Shown: piece after piece, positions 1-14,861 of the stretch
Layout: every line of letters begins with the position of its first letter
Position numbering within the stretch: the first letter of the stretch is position 1
Notes under the pieces: model-generated
Databases searched by the model: none
Told to the model about the DNA's origin: nothing
What the model saw: the letters and a program-made list of their open reading frames with translations, nothing else
Made by a program: the position numbers and the translations under genes
Assembly (NCBI GenBank): GCA_943704425.1
Contig: CALSCP010000463.1
Span: forward strand, 1-49,733
Source of the DNA: Ministeria vibrans ATCC 50519
Lineage: Eukaryota > Protista > Filasterea
Direction of reading: 5' to 3'
Length of the DNA stretch: 49,733 nt

Positions 1-124
1 AGAGAGAAACAAAGTGATAGAGAGAGAGAGAAACAAAGTGATAGAGAGAGAGAAACAAAGTGATAGAGAGAAGAGAGACAGTGAGAGAGAAAAAGAGTCG
101 TTTTTTCTTCTTTCTTTATCCGAC

Positions 125-385
125 CTGTTGAAACGCTTCGGCCTCGAGCTGTTCAATGACAACCGATTCCTGTTGGCTCTCAAGGAAACCTTCATTGAGG
201 AAGAGGTTGCGGAAGTAGGGTGAAGCAGCGGCAAGAATGATACGATGACATCGAAAGTCTTCGTCCCCAACGATAAGCGTCACATCACACAGCTTTGAGG
301 ATTTTCTCAGCTCCACAAGATTCTCCCGTGACGCTGCAAACGAATTGAGATCGTGCAGCACCAGCTGCTCCCGGCTGTTGCTCAT
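125..385 (-). CDS. BTB/POZ-domain protein (Kelch-like N-terminus), first exon; the gene continues beyond the window start
   Basis: MSNSREQ...KLCDVTLIVGDEDFRCHRIILAAASPYFRNLF matches the BTB consensus (CDV.L.V....F..HR.ILAA.SPYF). It is followed by a GT donor and a (CT)-rich intron. Confidence 0.85.
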
Positions 386-632
386 GCGTGCCTCCCTTTC
401 TTTCCACCAACGAGAGAAGTTCGAAAGTTCACAGTTGAGCTTCTTTGGATGTCAAGTCCAATCGACAATCTCAATGCAGTAATAGAGTACTCAGGCCAAT
501 ACGTGACCAGAGGGCAGCGCAGCGAGGGCACCAGAGTAAGAATATATCAGACAGCAGAGATGTGAATAAAAATACCGATTATTTGACGTGGTAGCACTTT
601 GGAGTTTTGACTTATCAGCACAATATTTTAAA

Positions 633-3600
633 ATGCCGGCACAAATGAACTTCACGACGGAGCAGATCGACTCCATTCGTGAAGCATTCAATGCCAACGA
701 TCACCGGACAGGCCAGATCGATCTGGTGGGCTTCCGAAATGTCTACCATCGAACCAAAGACAGTTGCGCACTCATCGCCATCAACGGCGAGCAAATCCGC
801 GAACTCTTCGATCGAAACAAGGACTACGACGGTGAAATCGACATGCGCTCTACAATGCAGGTATGTTTCTTCTATACTTTTTCTCTTTCCTTTCGCTTTT
901 TCCTCTTTTTTTTTTTTTCACTTCTGTGACGCGAACCGAATTCGCTTTTTCCTCTCTCTCGCTCGACCTGCACCTTTCCACGCCCTTCCCGCACTTTCCT
1001 GTCCTCTATTTATGCGCTTGCTACCCCCATGCAACTTGCTCGCGTGCCTGCGCTCTCCCTTCAGTGTCTTCTCACCGCAAGCCTTTTTATATCTTTCCTT
1101 TTTTTTATAATTCGCTGTTGTTGCGGGTCTCCCCACGCACGCCCCTCGCATTGCTCCAGCACGCCGTCCTCTCTACCCTCTTCGCCATGCCATTTTTGCA
1201 CCGTGCCGATGCCGACTGAAGGGCCCTGCACGACAGACAACGCCACAACTTGTCCCGTTTGAATTCTGCAGACGTCTGTGTCCTCTCTCTCTCGCCTGTG
1301 GAATTCACTCTTGCATACCATATGTGTTTTTTTTTGTAATGTCTTTTGTTTGCACTCTTCTCTCGCCGTCTTTCCTCTCCCGCCCGTTGCACCTCTATCG
1401 TCTATCGTATGTACTATGTGGCTCGGCGTCTTATTGCTCTCTCTCTCTGTCTGTTGCTCACTCTGTCTATTACGGAGCATTTCATTAACTCCCCATTGAA
1501 TATTCTCCTGTGTACTTCTTGAGGCTCACATAAACGCTTTGTGGGGGTTTTTGACGCTCCTCTTTTGTTCGGTCGGTCGACGCGTTCAGTTTTACGAGTT
1601 TTTTTTTTGTTTGTTTTGTTTGTTTTGCGCTCTGCAACTTATTTTACCTCGTTTTTTTCTTTCTTTTCTTTTTTCCCTCCCCACCAGGCACTCGATTCAA
1701 TCCGGTCTGCGGGTGGGGCTGGGCCCAATGGAAGTCGAAGCGCGTTGAGTCGAGCGGGCACGATCATTGGCAAGTGGTTTGGCGTGGGCAACGACGAAGA
1801 CCTCGAGCGATGGCAGCACACCATGCAGCAACAGGTGAAGACGCATGGCATTCTCAACTTGGAAGCACGCGAGGCGGTGCCCGGTGGCGAAATTCTTGAG
1901 CAGGGTGGCGCAGCGGTGCGAAGACGTATGACAAGTATGCGCATGCGACGTCAGTCAGTCGATCCGGCGACGGGTCAGCGACGCGGCTCCAACGCCACCG
2001 CTGCTGGCAGCTCGACTGCGCAGAGTCGTCGTGCAAGCGCTGCCTCGAGTGGCTCGAATGCCAGTGCGGCAGTGGCGTCACTCGCGGCCGTGCCCGAGGA
2101 CAGCTCTAAACCTGTTTCACGCGGCTTCTCGTTGCGACACGTCAAGAAGAACGTGTCGCACTCGTCGGTTCCAGACGCGACGGACGGTCACGATTCCGAC
2201 GATAGCAGTGTGTACGACAGTGTCGACGAGGAGGATGTCGATTCGGACGAAGACAATGGCGTTGAGTTGGCGGCAACACGCGACGGCGATTCGTTGGGTG
2301 GTGGAGTGGAGGACTCGCGTCGAAAGAGCGTCTCCTTTTTTGCCAGTGCCCCCGGCGCCAGCTCGGCCTCTCTCGGTGGTGGTGTGCTCACTTCGCCTCA
2401 CCCGGCGCGTTTCGACACGAGTGACAAGGGTTCGCGTGACTATGTCAACGAAGACTGGTTTGGCAACGACGACGAAGCAACGGCGCTCATGACGGCCGCC
2501 GCACCAGAGGCCACCATGCCCACGCCCACCACCGAATCGCAAAAGTCCCTAGCCAACATGAGTCCAACGGCGCTCTTGGAGGCGTCACGTCACGCCCCCG
2601 TAGGCGTCTCGGCCAAGCTTGTGCGCGAACAGACCCTTGCCCAAGGCGTCAAAGTTCCTGCTCACTTTGGCACGGCCGGCCAGCGTCACTCGGCGATGCC
2701 TCAAAGTGCTATTTCGGCCGGTGCTGCTGCCGGTGCCATGTCGCCTAGTGCACCCCGTCCCGGTATGTCTCCATCGGCAGCCGCTGCCGCCGTGCCCCAC
2801 AACTTGCCCAAGCTGCCTGCGTCCACACCGGTGCAGCCTCGCCCGCTCACGACCGAGGAGCAACGTCGGCGTCGTCAACGTATGGCACGCGATCGTCGCC
2901 CGGCTCGCGTGCGTCGCATGGACACGTTTGTGCAGAAGCAAATTCTCGCCATGCCCGAGTATAAGCCGTACTTCATCTACATTGTGAGCCTGATTCAGCT
3001 CATCCTCATCATTGTGGAAATGTCTGTTGGTGGCATTGCGCCCATTGGCTTTGGCACCCAGAGCCAATTTGCCACGGTTCCCTCGTTGCTCCAGTTTACC
3101 GGCACTACCGACGTGTCCAAGGTGATTGCCGAAAACTTTTGGATTGGGCCCGACACGGAGTTCCTCATTCGCTTTGGTGCCAAATACACGCCCTGTATGC
3201 GTCGCGACAACAGCGTCTACGCCTACTTTACCGAACGCAACAACGCCTTCCTGCAGTACAAATGCTGCCGCAACACCAACACGGACACATGCGGTATGGC
3301 CGCCACCGCCGATTGTCCGAACGGTAACGCCTGGCTGACTGTCTCCGCCAACGCCGACGAAGTGTGCTCCGTTGCCGATCCCGTCAACTGTACCCCCGAA
3401 AAGATTATCTTAAGGTATTTTTTTGTGACTCGCGTTTCGAGAACAATATGACTATGATACATTATTGTTTTTATTAGAATAATTATTAGAATAATTATTA
3501 TGATTGATTTTGTGTTTGTTGTTAACAACTGTTATTCTTAGACCATGCTGTTACACACAGTTTGCAACATGCTCAATGATTTCGGCGTCGGAATGCCAGT

Positions 3601-4334
3601 TCTACGGAGGCACATTCTATTCGACGATGGAGACTTGCACGCAGATCGACAGCAACTGTTTGTCGGCGACGTGTGGCATGGGCATGTCTCTTGAGCCGAC
3701 CAAGCCGAACCAAGCGTGGCGCTTTTTCACGCCCATCTTTCTGCACGTTGGCTTTCTTCACTTTCTCTTCAACGTGCTCTTTCAGTGGTCTATTGGCAAG
3801 GCTATTGAGCGCCAGGCGGGCTTCCTGCGCATATTCATCATTTATATGCTTTCTGGCTTTGGTGGCAATGTTGTCTCGGCTGTGTTTGTGCCGTACAGTG
3901 CACAGGTGGGTGCCTCGGGCGCCCTCTACGGTCTCCTTGGTGTTCTCATTGTGGAACTGTTCCAGTCGTGGCAGCTACTGGACAATCCCTGGTCGGAGCT
4001 TTTCAAGCTGCTCATCATTGTGGGTCTGTCGCTCATGATTGGTACCCTTCCGTGGGTCGACAACTTTGCACACGTTGGTGGCTTTATTGTTGGACTATTT
4101 GCTGCCGTTGTCTTTTTGCCGTACATTGTGTTCGGCAAGTGGGACCGCCGTCGCAAGCGCTTCCTTCTTATGATCTGCTTCCCCATCCTCATTGTCTTTT
4201 TTGGCTTCTTCATCATCATCTTCTACACTGGCCGCCAGGTCAACTTCTGTCCGTGGTGCAGCTACATCAATTGTGTGCCGTACACCTCGACCATCTGCGA
4301 GGGCGTCAACTCCAATACCAATCCCTACGACTAA
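633..4334 (+). CDS. iRhom (RHBDF)-architecture rhomboid with N-terminal EF-hand-like exon and intact catalytic dyad; exons ~633-860, 1688-3414, 3542-4334
   Basis: Phase-compatible GT-AG introns. Long low-complexity cytosolic region, TM1 (YKPYFIYIVSLIQ), Cys-rich iRhom homology domain (IGPDTEFLIRFGAKYTPCMR; RPCC...C...C...CG). Rhomboid core WRFFTPIFLHVG, QVGASGALYG, DNFAHVGGF. iRhom-type C-terminus LPYIVFGKWDRRRKR...CPWCSYINCVP. Confidence 0.9.
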
Positions 4335-4587
4335 CACACACGCATACCACAAAGATACGCCACAGACACACCACTACAGAAACACCACTACAGACTCACC
4401 AATACAGACACACCACAACGACACACACGCACATACATACATACATACATACATACATACATACATACTCACACACGCGCGCACACACATTCACACACAC
4501 GCAAGAGAGAGCGAAACCTCCCCCTGAAAGATTGTAAAATAAAAAATCTAAAGAGTTTTACTTTTCTACGTTGGTTTGTTACATGCT

Positions 4588-5900
4588 TCAAAACGGTTTT
4601 GGGTTGCGCCAGGCGAGACGATCAAGATCAATGCGACGCCACTTGTCGTCGTCGGCAAAGTGAGTGTGGGCATCGCGGGAGGTCGCGAGAGTGATTCGCG
4701 AGAGACGCACAAGGTAGAGTGAGGTGTCGGGGAGGGATGACGCGGAGGAAGAACTGGTGGAGGAGGGAAGGGTGGCGGACGGAGAGAGGGTCTGCGAGGG
4801 GTCTGTGATGAAAAGACGACGGTTGTACTTTGGAGATGGGGTCCATGTAGAGCGTTGGTGGAGAAGAAGTGCGTTGAAGTTGACGGGACGTTCGTGACTG
4901 TTAGGATCATGGACAAGGTCAAATGACAGTGCGACAGGATGATACTGCGTCTGCTGCTGCTGTTGTTGTTGTTGGTGTTGTTGTTGTTGTTGTTGTACAC
5001 CGCCGTGGTGCACTGCAATGTACTCGGCAAGTCCACTAGGGTACACGCTCTGATCGGGCACAAAGATTTCGTCAATGCCCGCCACGAGAACTGCAGAGTA
5101 GGCAAAGGATGCGGCGGCGGTGCCATTGTTGATTCCGGCTGGGTTCATGAGACGACGCAACGCACCGCGCAGACCATCGGTAGTCCAAATGTGTGATGCA
5201 ATGTGTTCCGACACGTCTACGGTGATTGCTTGACTCGGATCGAGAATAAAGGTGTCGCGAGCGGGAAAGTGCAATGCATAGTAGCGCAAAGAGGCGCGAA
5301 GGGCACGCAGGTCGGTGGAGTGGAGTAGGTGCAAGAGAAGAGCACAGCGCGGCAACGAGCGGCTTTGTGCCGGTGGTGCCAGGGCGAGTGTACCTGCCTC
5401 TGATCGCTGCCATACCTGCGTCCATGTGCGCATTGCACTGCTGAGACGCTGGAAGTAGGGTGCATTGAATGGGTGGCGCTTTGGGAGAATGCCCTTTTCG
5501 AGCCAGTCTGCAATTTGAGTGTAGCATTCAGCGGGACGTTTGGGAGTGTTCGTTTGGCGCAGTCGATCCTGTGCGTCACGTGAAAACTCGACAAAATCTT
5601 CGAGCCAATGCAGTGCGGCCCATTCGTCTTTGAGACGCGAATACTGAGAGTGGCGCAGTGCACTCGCGAGTGCGCTAGAGTCACCGTCACCGTCAGAGTC
5701 ACCGTCAGAGTCAAAGAGAAGAGAGTGCGGTTGCATGCGCACCACATTGGGTCCACCTGACTTCACTCCATAGCCAATATGATCGCAGCTGAGAGGAAGG
5801 GAAAACAAAAAAGAGAAAAAATTAGAAAATTAATAAAACAAATTAATAATAATAATAATAATAATAATAATTATAATAATAATAATTATTATTATAATAA

Positions 5901-5942
<42 letters not shown>

Positions 5943-7455
5943 TAATAATAATTAATAAATTATATTATATGAAATATGTTACCATTTCTGAGACGATTGA
6001 CATGGAGAAGTCGCTCGTTGTCGGTGATGTGGAGACCAAGAGAGTTGAGGGCGCGCTGAGAAAGCACGAGTGAGGAGGTGAGCAGATCGTACGCCTTGTG
6101 AGCAGCCGCATTGATATTGAACATGCCCATGGGCGCACTGGGCTCGTGTTCAAGACCCACAAGATCGCTGTGTGCTGCGAGTGCCTTGACAATAAGCACC
6201 TCCATGAGTGCGCGTACGGCAGCCACGCTACGCTCCTTAAGCGACGCCAAATTGACACGGTAGCTCATGACAATCGTCACGAACCACTCTGCGTTGAGCT
6301 AAGGGTGGTGAAAATTGGCGTGCACATCGTGTCAGTCGGAAAAAAATAGATGTAGATGTATCAAACATCTCTATTCGACTGGTTGGTAATACCTTTAGCA
6401 GACGTTTGATAATGTCCGATACCATTTGCGTGACTTGCGTGCCGCTCACTTTGCCTGGTGCTGCGACCACAATATCCCGATGAGTGTTCATAAAGGAGTT
6501 GGCACAGTCGATTGCTGGTGAGGAGAAGAAGAAAGAAGAGTACAAATCAGAAAAGACGTCTTGTTGTTGTTGTGAGTACAGGTCGACAGCTCGGTAGTCA
6601 CGACGGCTATTTGCTTGAGATCACTCAGTTGTTGTGCAGGCCATTGAAAGCGTCGTTCGAGCATCTCACCCTCGATACCAGTTTGCTGCTCAATGGCATT
6701 GGCCTGCCGCACCGTTTCCCACACCTGCAAGACAGACACGGGCGAGACAAGTTGACATATGAGATGACTATTCGACCGACACTCGCAACGAGAGTGGTTG
6801 CGTGCGGAGGCACGCAAGACGCGGCAAAAGGGAAAGCCTCAAAATGAATAGTAAACCCCATAAGCTGTTTGATGATGACACACGCGAGTGAGGAGGAGAG
6901 GAAACAATGATGATGCAGCATTAAAAAAAAAAATTTCTTTTTTCGTCCCCTCACCGCTTCAATCGTCATGCCGAAGGTGTTGAGGCGTCTCCTGATGATA
7001 CTCGACAACTGTGCAACGTCGTCGGCGTGTTCTTCGACGCGCGAAGCCTCTCGTTTTTGGTGAATGGCTTGGATTTTGGTGGAAAGTTCGGAGCGCGCAT
7101 GAACATGAAAAATTGGCTCGTCGACGTGCTGGAGCTGCACTGCCTGTAGCTGGACGAGCAGGTCGCCACCGCGGTGGGGCGGAGGGTTGGCGGCGACGGC
7201 GGGACCGGCACGAGCCGCTTCGTCGTCGTGTTGGTGGTCGACATCAAATGCATTGTTGACACCGTCAAAGACAAGCGCTGGCGGTGGCGGCGGTGGCGGC
7301 GGTGCCAGTGGCTCTGCGGCGGGCACCATGGCGTGCTCGCCCTCATCAGGCTCGTTGTCGATGCCAGGCGCGTGGTGTGGCGGGGGCGGGGGAGGGGGAG
7401 GGGCACCAATGCGTGGCATCGAGGTGGGTCGAGGAGGCACTGGCGGTCGATCCAT
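4588..7455 (-). CDS. Polyproline/WH2-like protein with a CHUP1-C-like helical region and an unknown C-terminal domain; exons ~7455-6955, 6724-6581, 6515-6391, 6299-5983, 5757-4588
   Basis: Five frame-compatible exons. Two polyproline runs, then RGGDLLVQLQAVQLQHV (WH2-like), then EGEMLERRFQWPAQQLSDLKQIA. The product name is tentative. Confidence 0.55.
5843..5960. repeat. (AAT)n microsatellite in intron
   Basis: Direct tandem aat runs. Confidence 0.95.
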
Positions 7456-7930
7456 TGCGAAGGAAGAAAAATAATACTGATGATTTGATTTTGATTCGAT
7501 TTTGATTTGATTGATTTTGATAATTTGATAATTTGATTTTGATAGGGATCATAGGATCCAAATGCCAGACGCAGAATAAAGAGCAAGACTGCAAGAGTGG
7601 AATATGTACAGTGTAACGAGTAACGCGATTAAAGACAGAGGTCAGAGAGTGGCCGAGTGGGAGGCTGGGATCATACAGAGTGAGCAGGCTCTAGAGCGAC
7701 ACCTTTTCAGAGCAAATAGCTGAAATAGGTTCAAGATCCAAACAAAAAGTCAAAACAAAAAAAGGTCTTATTCGTTTCGAGGGGAATTTCTCCTATTATT
7801 ATTATCTGTATCATTAATAAATGGGTTGTATATCTATTATTATTATCAGTAATATTTTTATTTACTTGTTGATGTTCTGTCCACGCCCGCACAAACAGAC
7901 TTTATACCCTTTTTGGTTTCACGCTCGCTC

Positions 7931-8033
<103 letters not shown>

Positions 8034-8099
8034 ATGGTTTGACACTCTCACTCATTCGTTCGTCTTGAATCGGGTCTCTTGACCTCGCTCACGTCTCGC

Positions 8100-10518
8100 T
8101 CATGTCTCAGAGAGAGGCGGAAGAGGTGCCTCAAAGGCCTCAGTTCGCAAATACTCGACAAACTCTGTCTTGCGCTCTCGCATCTGTGCCCGCTCATGCT
8201 CAGTCAGCGCACTCGACGGACGAATGCGAATACGCCCAGTGTCCGTCAGGTCCACCTTGATCCCACGCGCACGCACCATCGCCAGCACTTGCGCACATGG
8301 TTGGTTCGTCGTCGCACTCACCCCTCCCCGCGCCTCATGCAAAATTTCCTCGCGCAGTGCCGCAATGAACCGTGGGCGGTGCTGCCCAATCAACGACCGC
8401 TCTCGGTCTGTCAGCAGCCGCGAAGGCGCCACTCGAATCTTGTCTTGTACCAGCTCAACCACAATTCCACGTGACCGAATCTCCCGCAACACATCGCCTG
8501 TGCAAAAAAAAAAGCCGAGAGATGGTGTTGCGCAGTCAGTTCGGTAATAATAAAAAAAACAATAGTTTCTTCGCCGTGTTTTTTCTCTCTCTTTACCAAT
8601 GTTGAGGCCAGTGACAGACTTGTTGGAGGAGACACGAGGACCAATGTCGGGACGCCACTCTTCACCCTCGACAATAACGGCAGGTGCATCGTAGATGGTC
8701 GGGTCGTCAGTGCGCTGCACAATCGTCACACTGTTGGCACTGCCGGGGCGCGAGTCCCCAAACGTACTGCTGTGGTTGTCGTCGACATCGTCAAACGTGG
8801 TCATTGTGCTGCTTCGCGCGTCATCAACTTGCGCCAGTTCCTCGTCCACCTTCTTCTTAAATGCCCTCGAGAGGGCTGCTGCCGCAATGGAGCGTGTCGA
8901 CGAGCGAGTGGTACTGGCAAGACTGCTCTCCGACGCGATCGACGAGATGGACGAGTTGGACGGGTGGCGACGCAGCGTCTGGTCGCTCGTTGCTAACGAA
9001 AGTGGCGCCACCGGTGGATTCTTAGGCATCAACGTGTGCCGTCGCTTGTCTGCATCGCGTTCCGACAGTGTGCGGCGCAGTGGATACACCTCCTCGGCCT
9101 CCCCCGGCGGTGGCATGGGTGGCGGGATGCCCGGCATGAGACCTGCTACTGAGCGCGGCTCGTGTGCACCCAGTGACTTTTCCTTCTTCAGCAATGACAT
9201 GCGTCGCTCACGGTCTTCACGTTCCGCCTCCAGTCGCGACTGCACAATGAGATCGAGATCGCGACGACTCGTCAAACGTCGCTCGTCCAACGACAGGCGA
9301 CGACGCAACGCAAACTCCTCGTCGTGCTCGCCCTCCTTGTCGCCCTCCGTCGTACCCGTCGACGGCAAAAGCCCCGGTTCAATCTTTTCAATAAGATTCA
9401 CCACCGAGCCTCCCTCCTGATGGCTCCGCTTGAACTCGTCCCAGTCCCAGTCGTCCTTGTAGTGCACCACTGTGCTCTTGCTCCCATCACCAAACATCAG
9501 CGATGGCCGTGCTGCCTGGGGCACGGGGGGTGCAGGCTCGACAGGGACCGCATTGTCGTCAACACTCCGTACCTTGCGCTTCCCCTCACTCAGGTCCTTC
9601 TTGAAGCTCTGCTGAAGCTCACGTGTGGACAGTGTCCGTCGCACTCCATTTTCACTCTCAGTCCACAACTCTTTCTGGCCGTGGTGTGCCTCCGAACTTG
9701 ACTGTCGCGACAGCCTCAGATGCGTTAGCATTTCTTCTTCGCGTCGCTCATCCTCAGCCCGTTGCTCTGGCGTCCGCATGGCCTTCCGTAGGTACTTGCA
9801 CCAGCCAGTTGCTGAATCCTCCGTGTCCGCCTGACACTTGTACACCACTCCCGTGCGCATCCGGATTTCAAACACCCGCTGACGATCCCCATACTTTTCC
9901 ACATAACGAATAGCGTCAGCCTCGCGCATCGGTGCACGCTACAAAGAATGAAAGAAGGTAGAGAAAGAAAAGAAAAAATAATGACGAAATTGTCTGGCTG
10001 GGGTGTTCACGTACCGCAACGATGGGGTCGACTTGGGCGGGGGGACAGTCATGCATAATAATGAAGGTGCCTGCGTCGTCAAGGACGCAATAGCGACGGT
10101 GCCAAGCGCGGGCATCGACACGTGCCGACTGCTCGCGCTCGTCCGGGTCCATGATATTCAGGTGGGAGTAGTAGACGGCGACGAAGCTGGCCGAGTCGAC
10201 GTCGATCGAGACAAACTCCTCGTCGTCGTTGCCGTCGCCAAAGCGCGAGGGGACGTACAGTGCGAACTCATCGAGTCGTCGAGTACATATAGGAAGTTGA
10301 CGCAGGGAGGCAGTAAGCTCGGCAGTGCTCTGGGAGGCGGTGGCGAGTGCACCAACGTAGTGTGTGAAGAGGCGCGGAAGTACGCGTTGTTGCTCCTGAC
10401 GGTACGCATTGAGTGCGCGACAGTACGCAACGGCATTATTGGAATGTCGCGTCTTCTCGGAGCTGTACTCGTGCTACACAAGCGTTGTATCAGCAGGGGC
10501 GCGACAAGAGAGAACGAC

Positions 10519-10596
<78 letters not shown>

Positions 10597-11310
10597 CTCT
10601 GTGTGTGTGTGTACAGTACGTGTGTGTCTTTGTGGTGTGTGTGTGTGTGTATAGTAGGTGTGTGTCTTTGTGGTGTGTGTGTGTGTGTGTATTTGTGGTG
10701 TGTGTGTGCGTGTGTCTTTGTGGTGTGTGTGTGCGTGTGTGTGTGTATGTGGCTCTGTGTGTGTGTGTATAGTACGTGTGTGTCTTTGTGGTGTGTGTGT
10801 GTGTACCTCGAGACCGCCCCCCGCCTTCTTCGAGTACCGCTTCAGGAAGCGCTCCCACGTCTCGGACGAGCGATTAAAGCGATCGGTGGCCGCCTGCAAC
10901 GGGGATTGGATCTTCTTGGTGGTGTTTGCCAGGGAAGCGAGGGGCTTGAGGACGTTGTGGAAGACGTCGCGGAGCATCAGGTCGCGCTGCTTGTCGCACG
11001 AGCGCATTGCCTTGACCATTGCCGCCATGTCCTACGCAGCGCACACGTCAACACAACGCCGTGCAGCCCAACCGCTGTACCTTGGCATCGCCCTCCTCCA
11101 CAAACCCTTCCTGTCCGCCTTCGTCTTGGACTGCAAACAAACGATTAAGATCCCAACATGACTCCTCACAAAAAAAAGACAGATAGTACCATATCCTTGC
11201 CACTTGAGCCGGAACGCCCGCGATGCTCGGAGCGCTGTACGCTCCGCCGCCATCATGTCGGACGCCAGCGTCGCGAGCTCTTTGACCCTTTGCGCTTGTT
11301 GCACCGATCT
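8100..11310 (-). CDS. BAR-like + PH domain protein with two C-terminal TubC_N-like repeats; first exon(s) uncertain
   Basis: Helical N-terminal exons (KQRDLMLRDVFHNVLKPLASL...). PH signature WHRRYCVL...RVFEIRMRTGVVYKCQADTEDSATGWCKYLRKAM. Long disordered middle. An in-frame intron at ~8498-8595 precedes two ~50-aa repeats. Confidence 0.7.
10519..10803. repeat. Compound (GT)n/(CA)n intronic microsatellite with internal duplication
   Basis: gtggctctgtgtgtgtgtgta(c/t)agtacgtgtgtgtctttgtggtg occurs twice within GT runs. Confidence 0.9.
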
Positions 11311-11734
11311 AATATTATTATTATTATCATTTTTTTTTTGGTTGTTGTTATTATTATGATTCAGATTTCCAGACGAAAATAATAATAATAATGAAGATAT
11401 CTGTCGAGCCAACAAAGCACGACATGTAACGTCTAAGTGAACCTCTGACAATGTGGGTTGAAAGCAAAACGCGATTTTTACCGACGAACGAATTTGTCGG
11501 ACTGACTGCGAAAGGCAGGAGTGTCCCTCTCGGCATCCCGCTCGTCAATAGGCTGGAGGCCCATTGGTTCTGAAAGAAGGGATGGGCCGCGGTAGAGGAA
11601 GGACGAAGACGAACTGATCTGAATTAAATTGATAATCGTGACAGGATTTTGGATAATGTCATTAATGTGATTTTGAATTCAACATTTTTTTTTCTTTCCA
11701 TTCTTGAATCTTCGCCTCCTGTGACCGAGCTGAT

Positions 11735-14750
<3,016 letters not shown>

Positions 14751-14861
14751 CCCCTGTAAATTAATACAAAGTGAAAATTCTACACCGAAATATTTTAATT
14801 TTAGTCATAAAAATATAATAATATTAATCATGTCTCATAATTAATTTATATTTTTTTAAAG

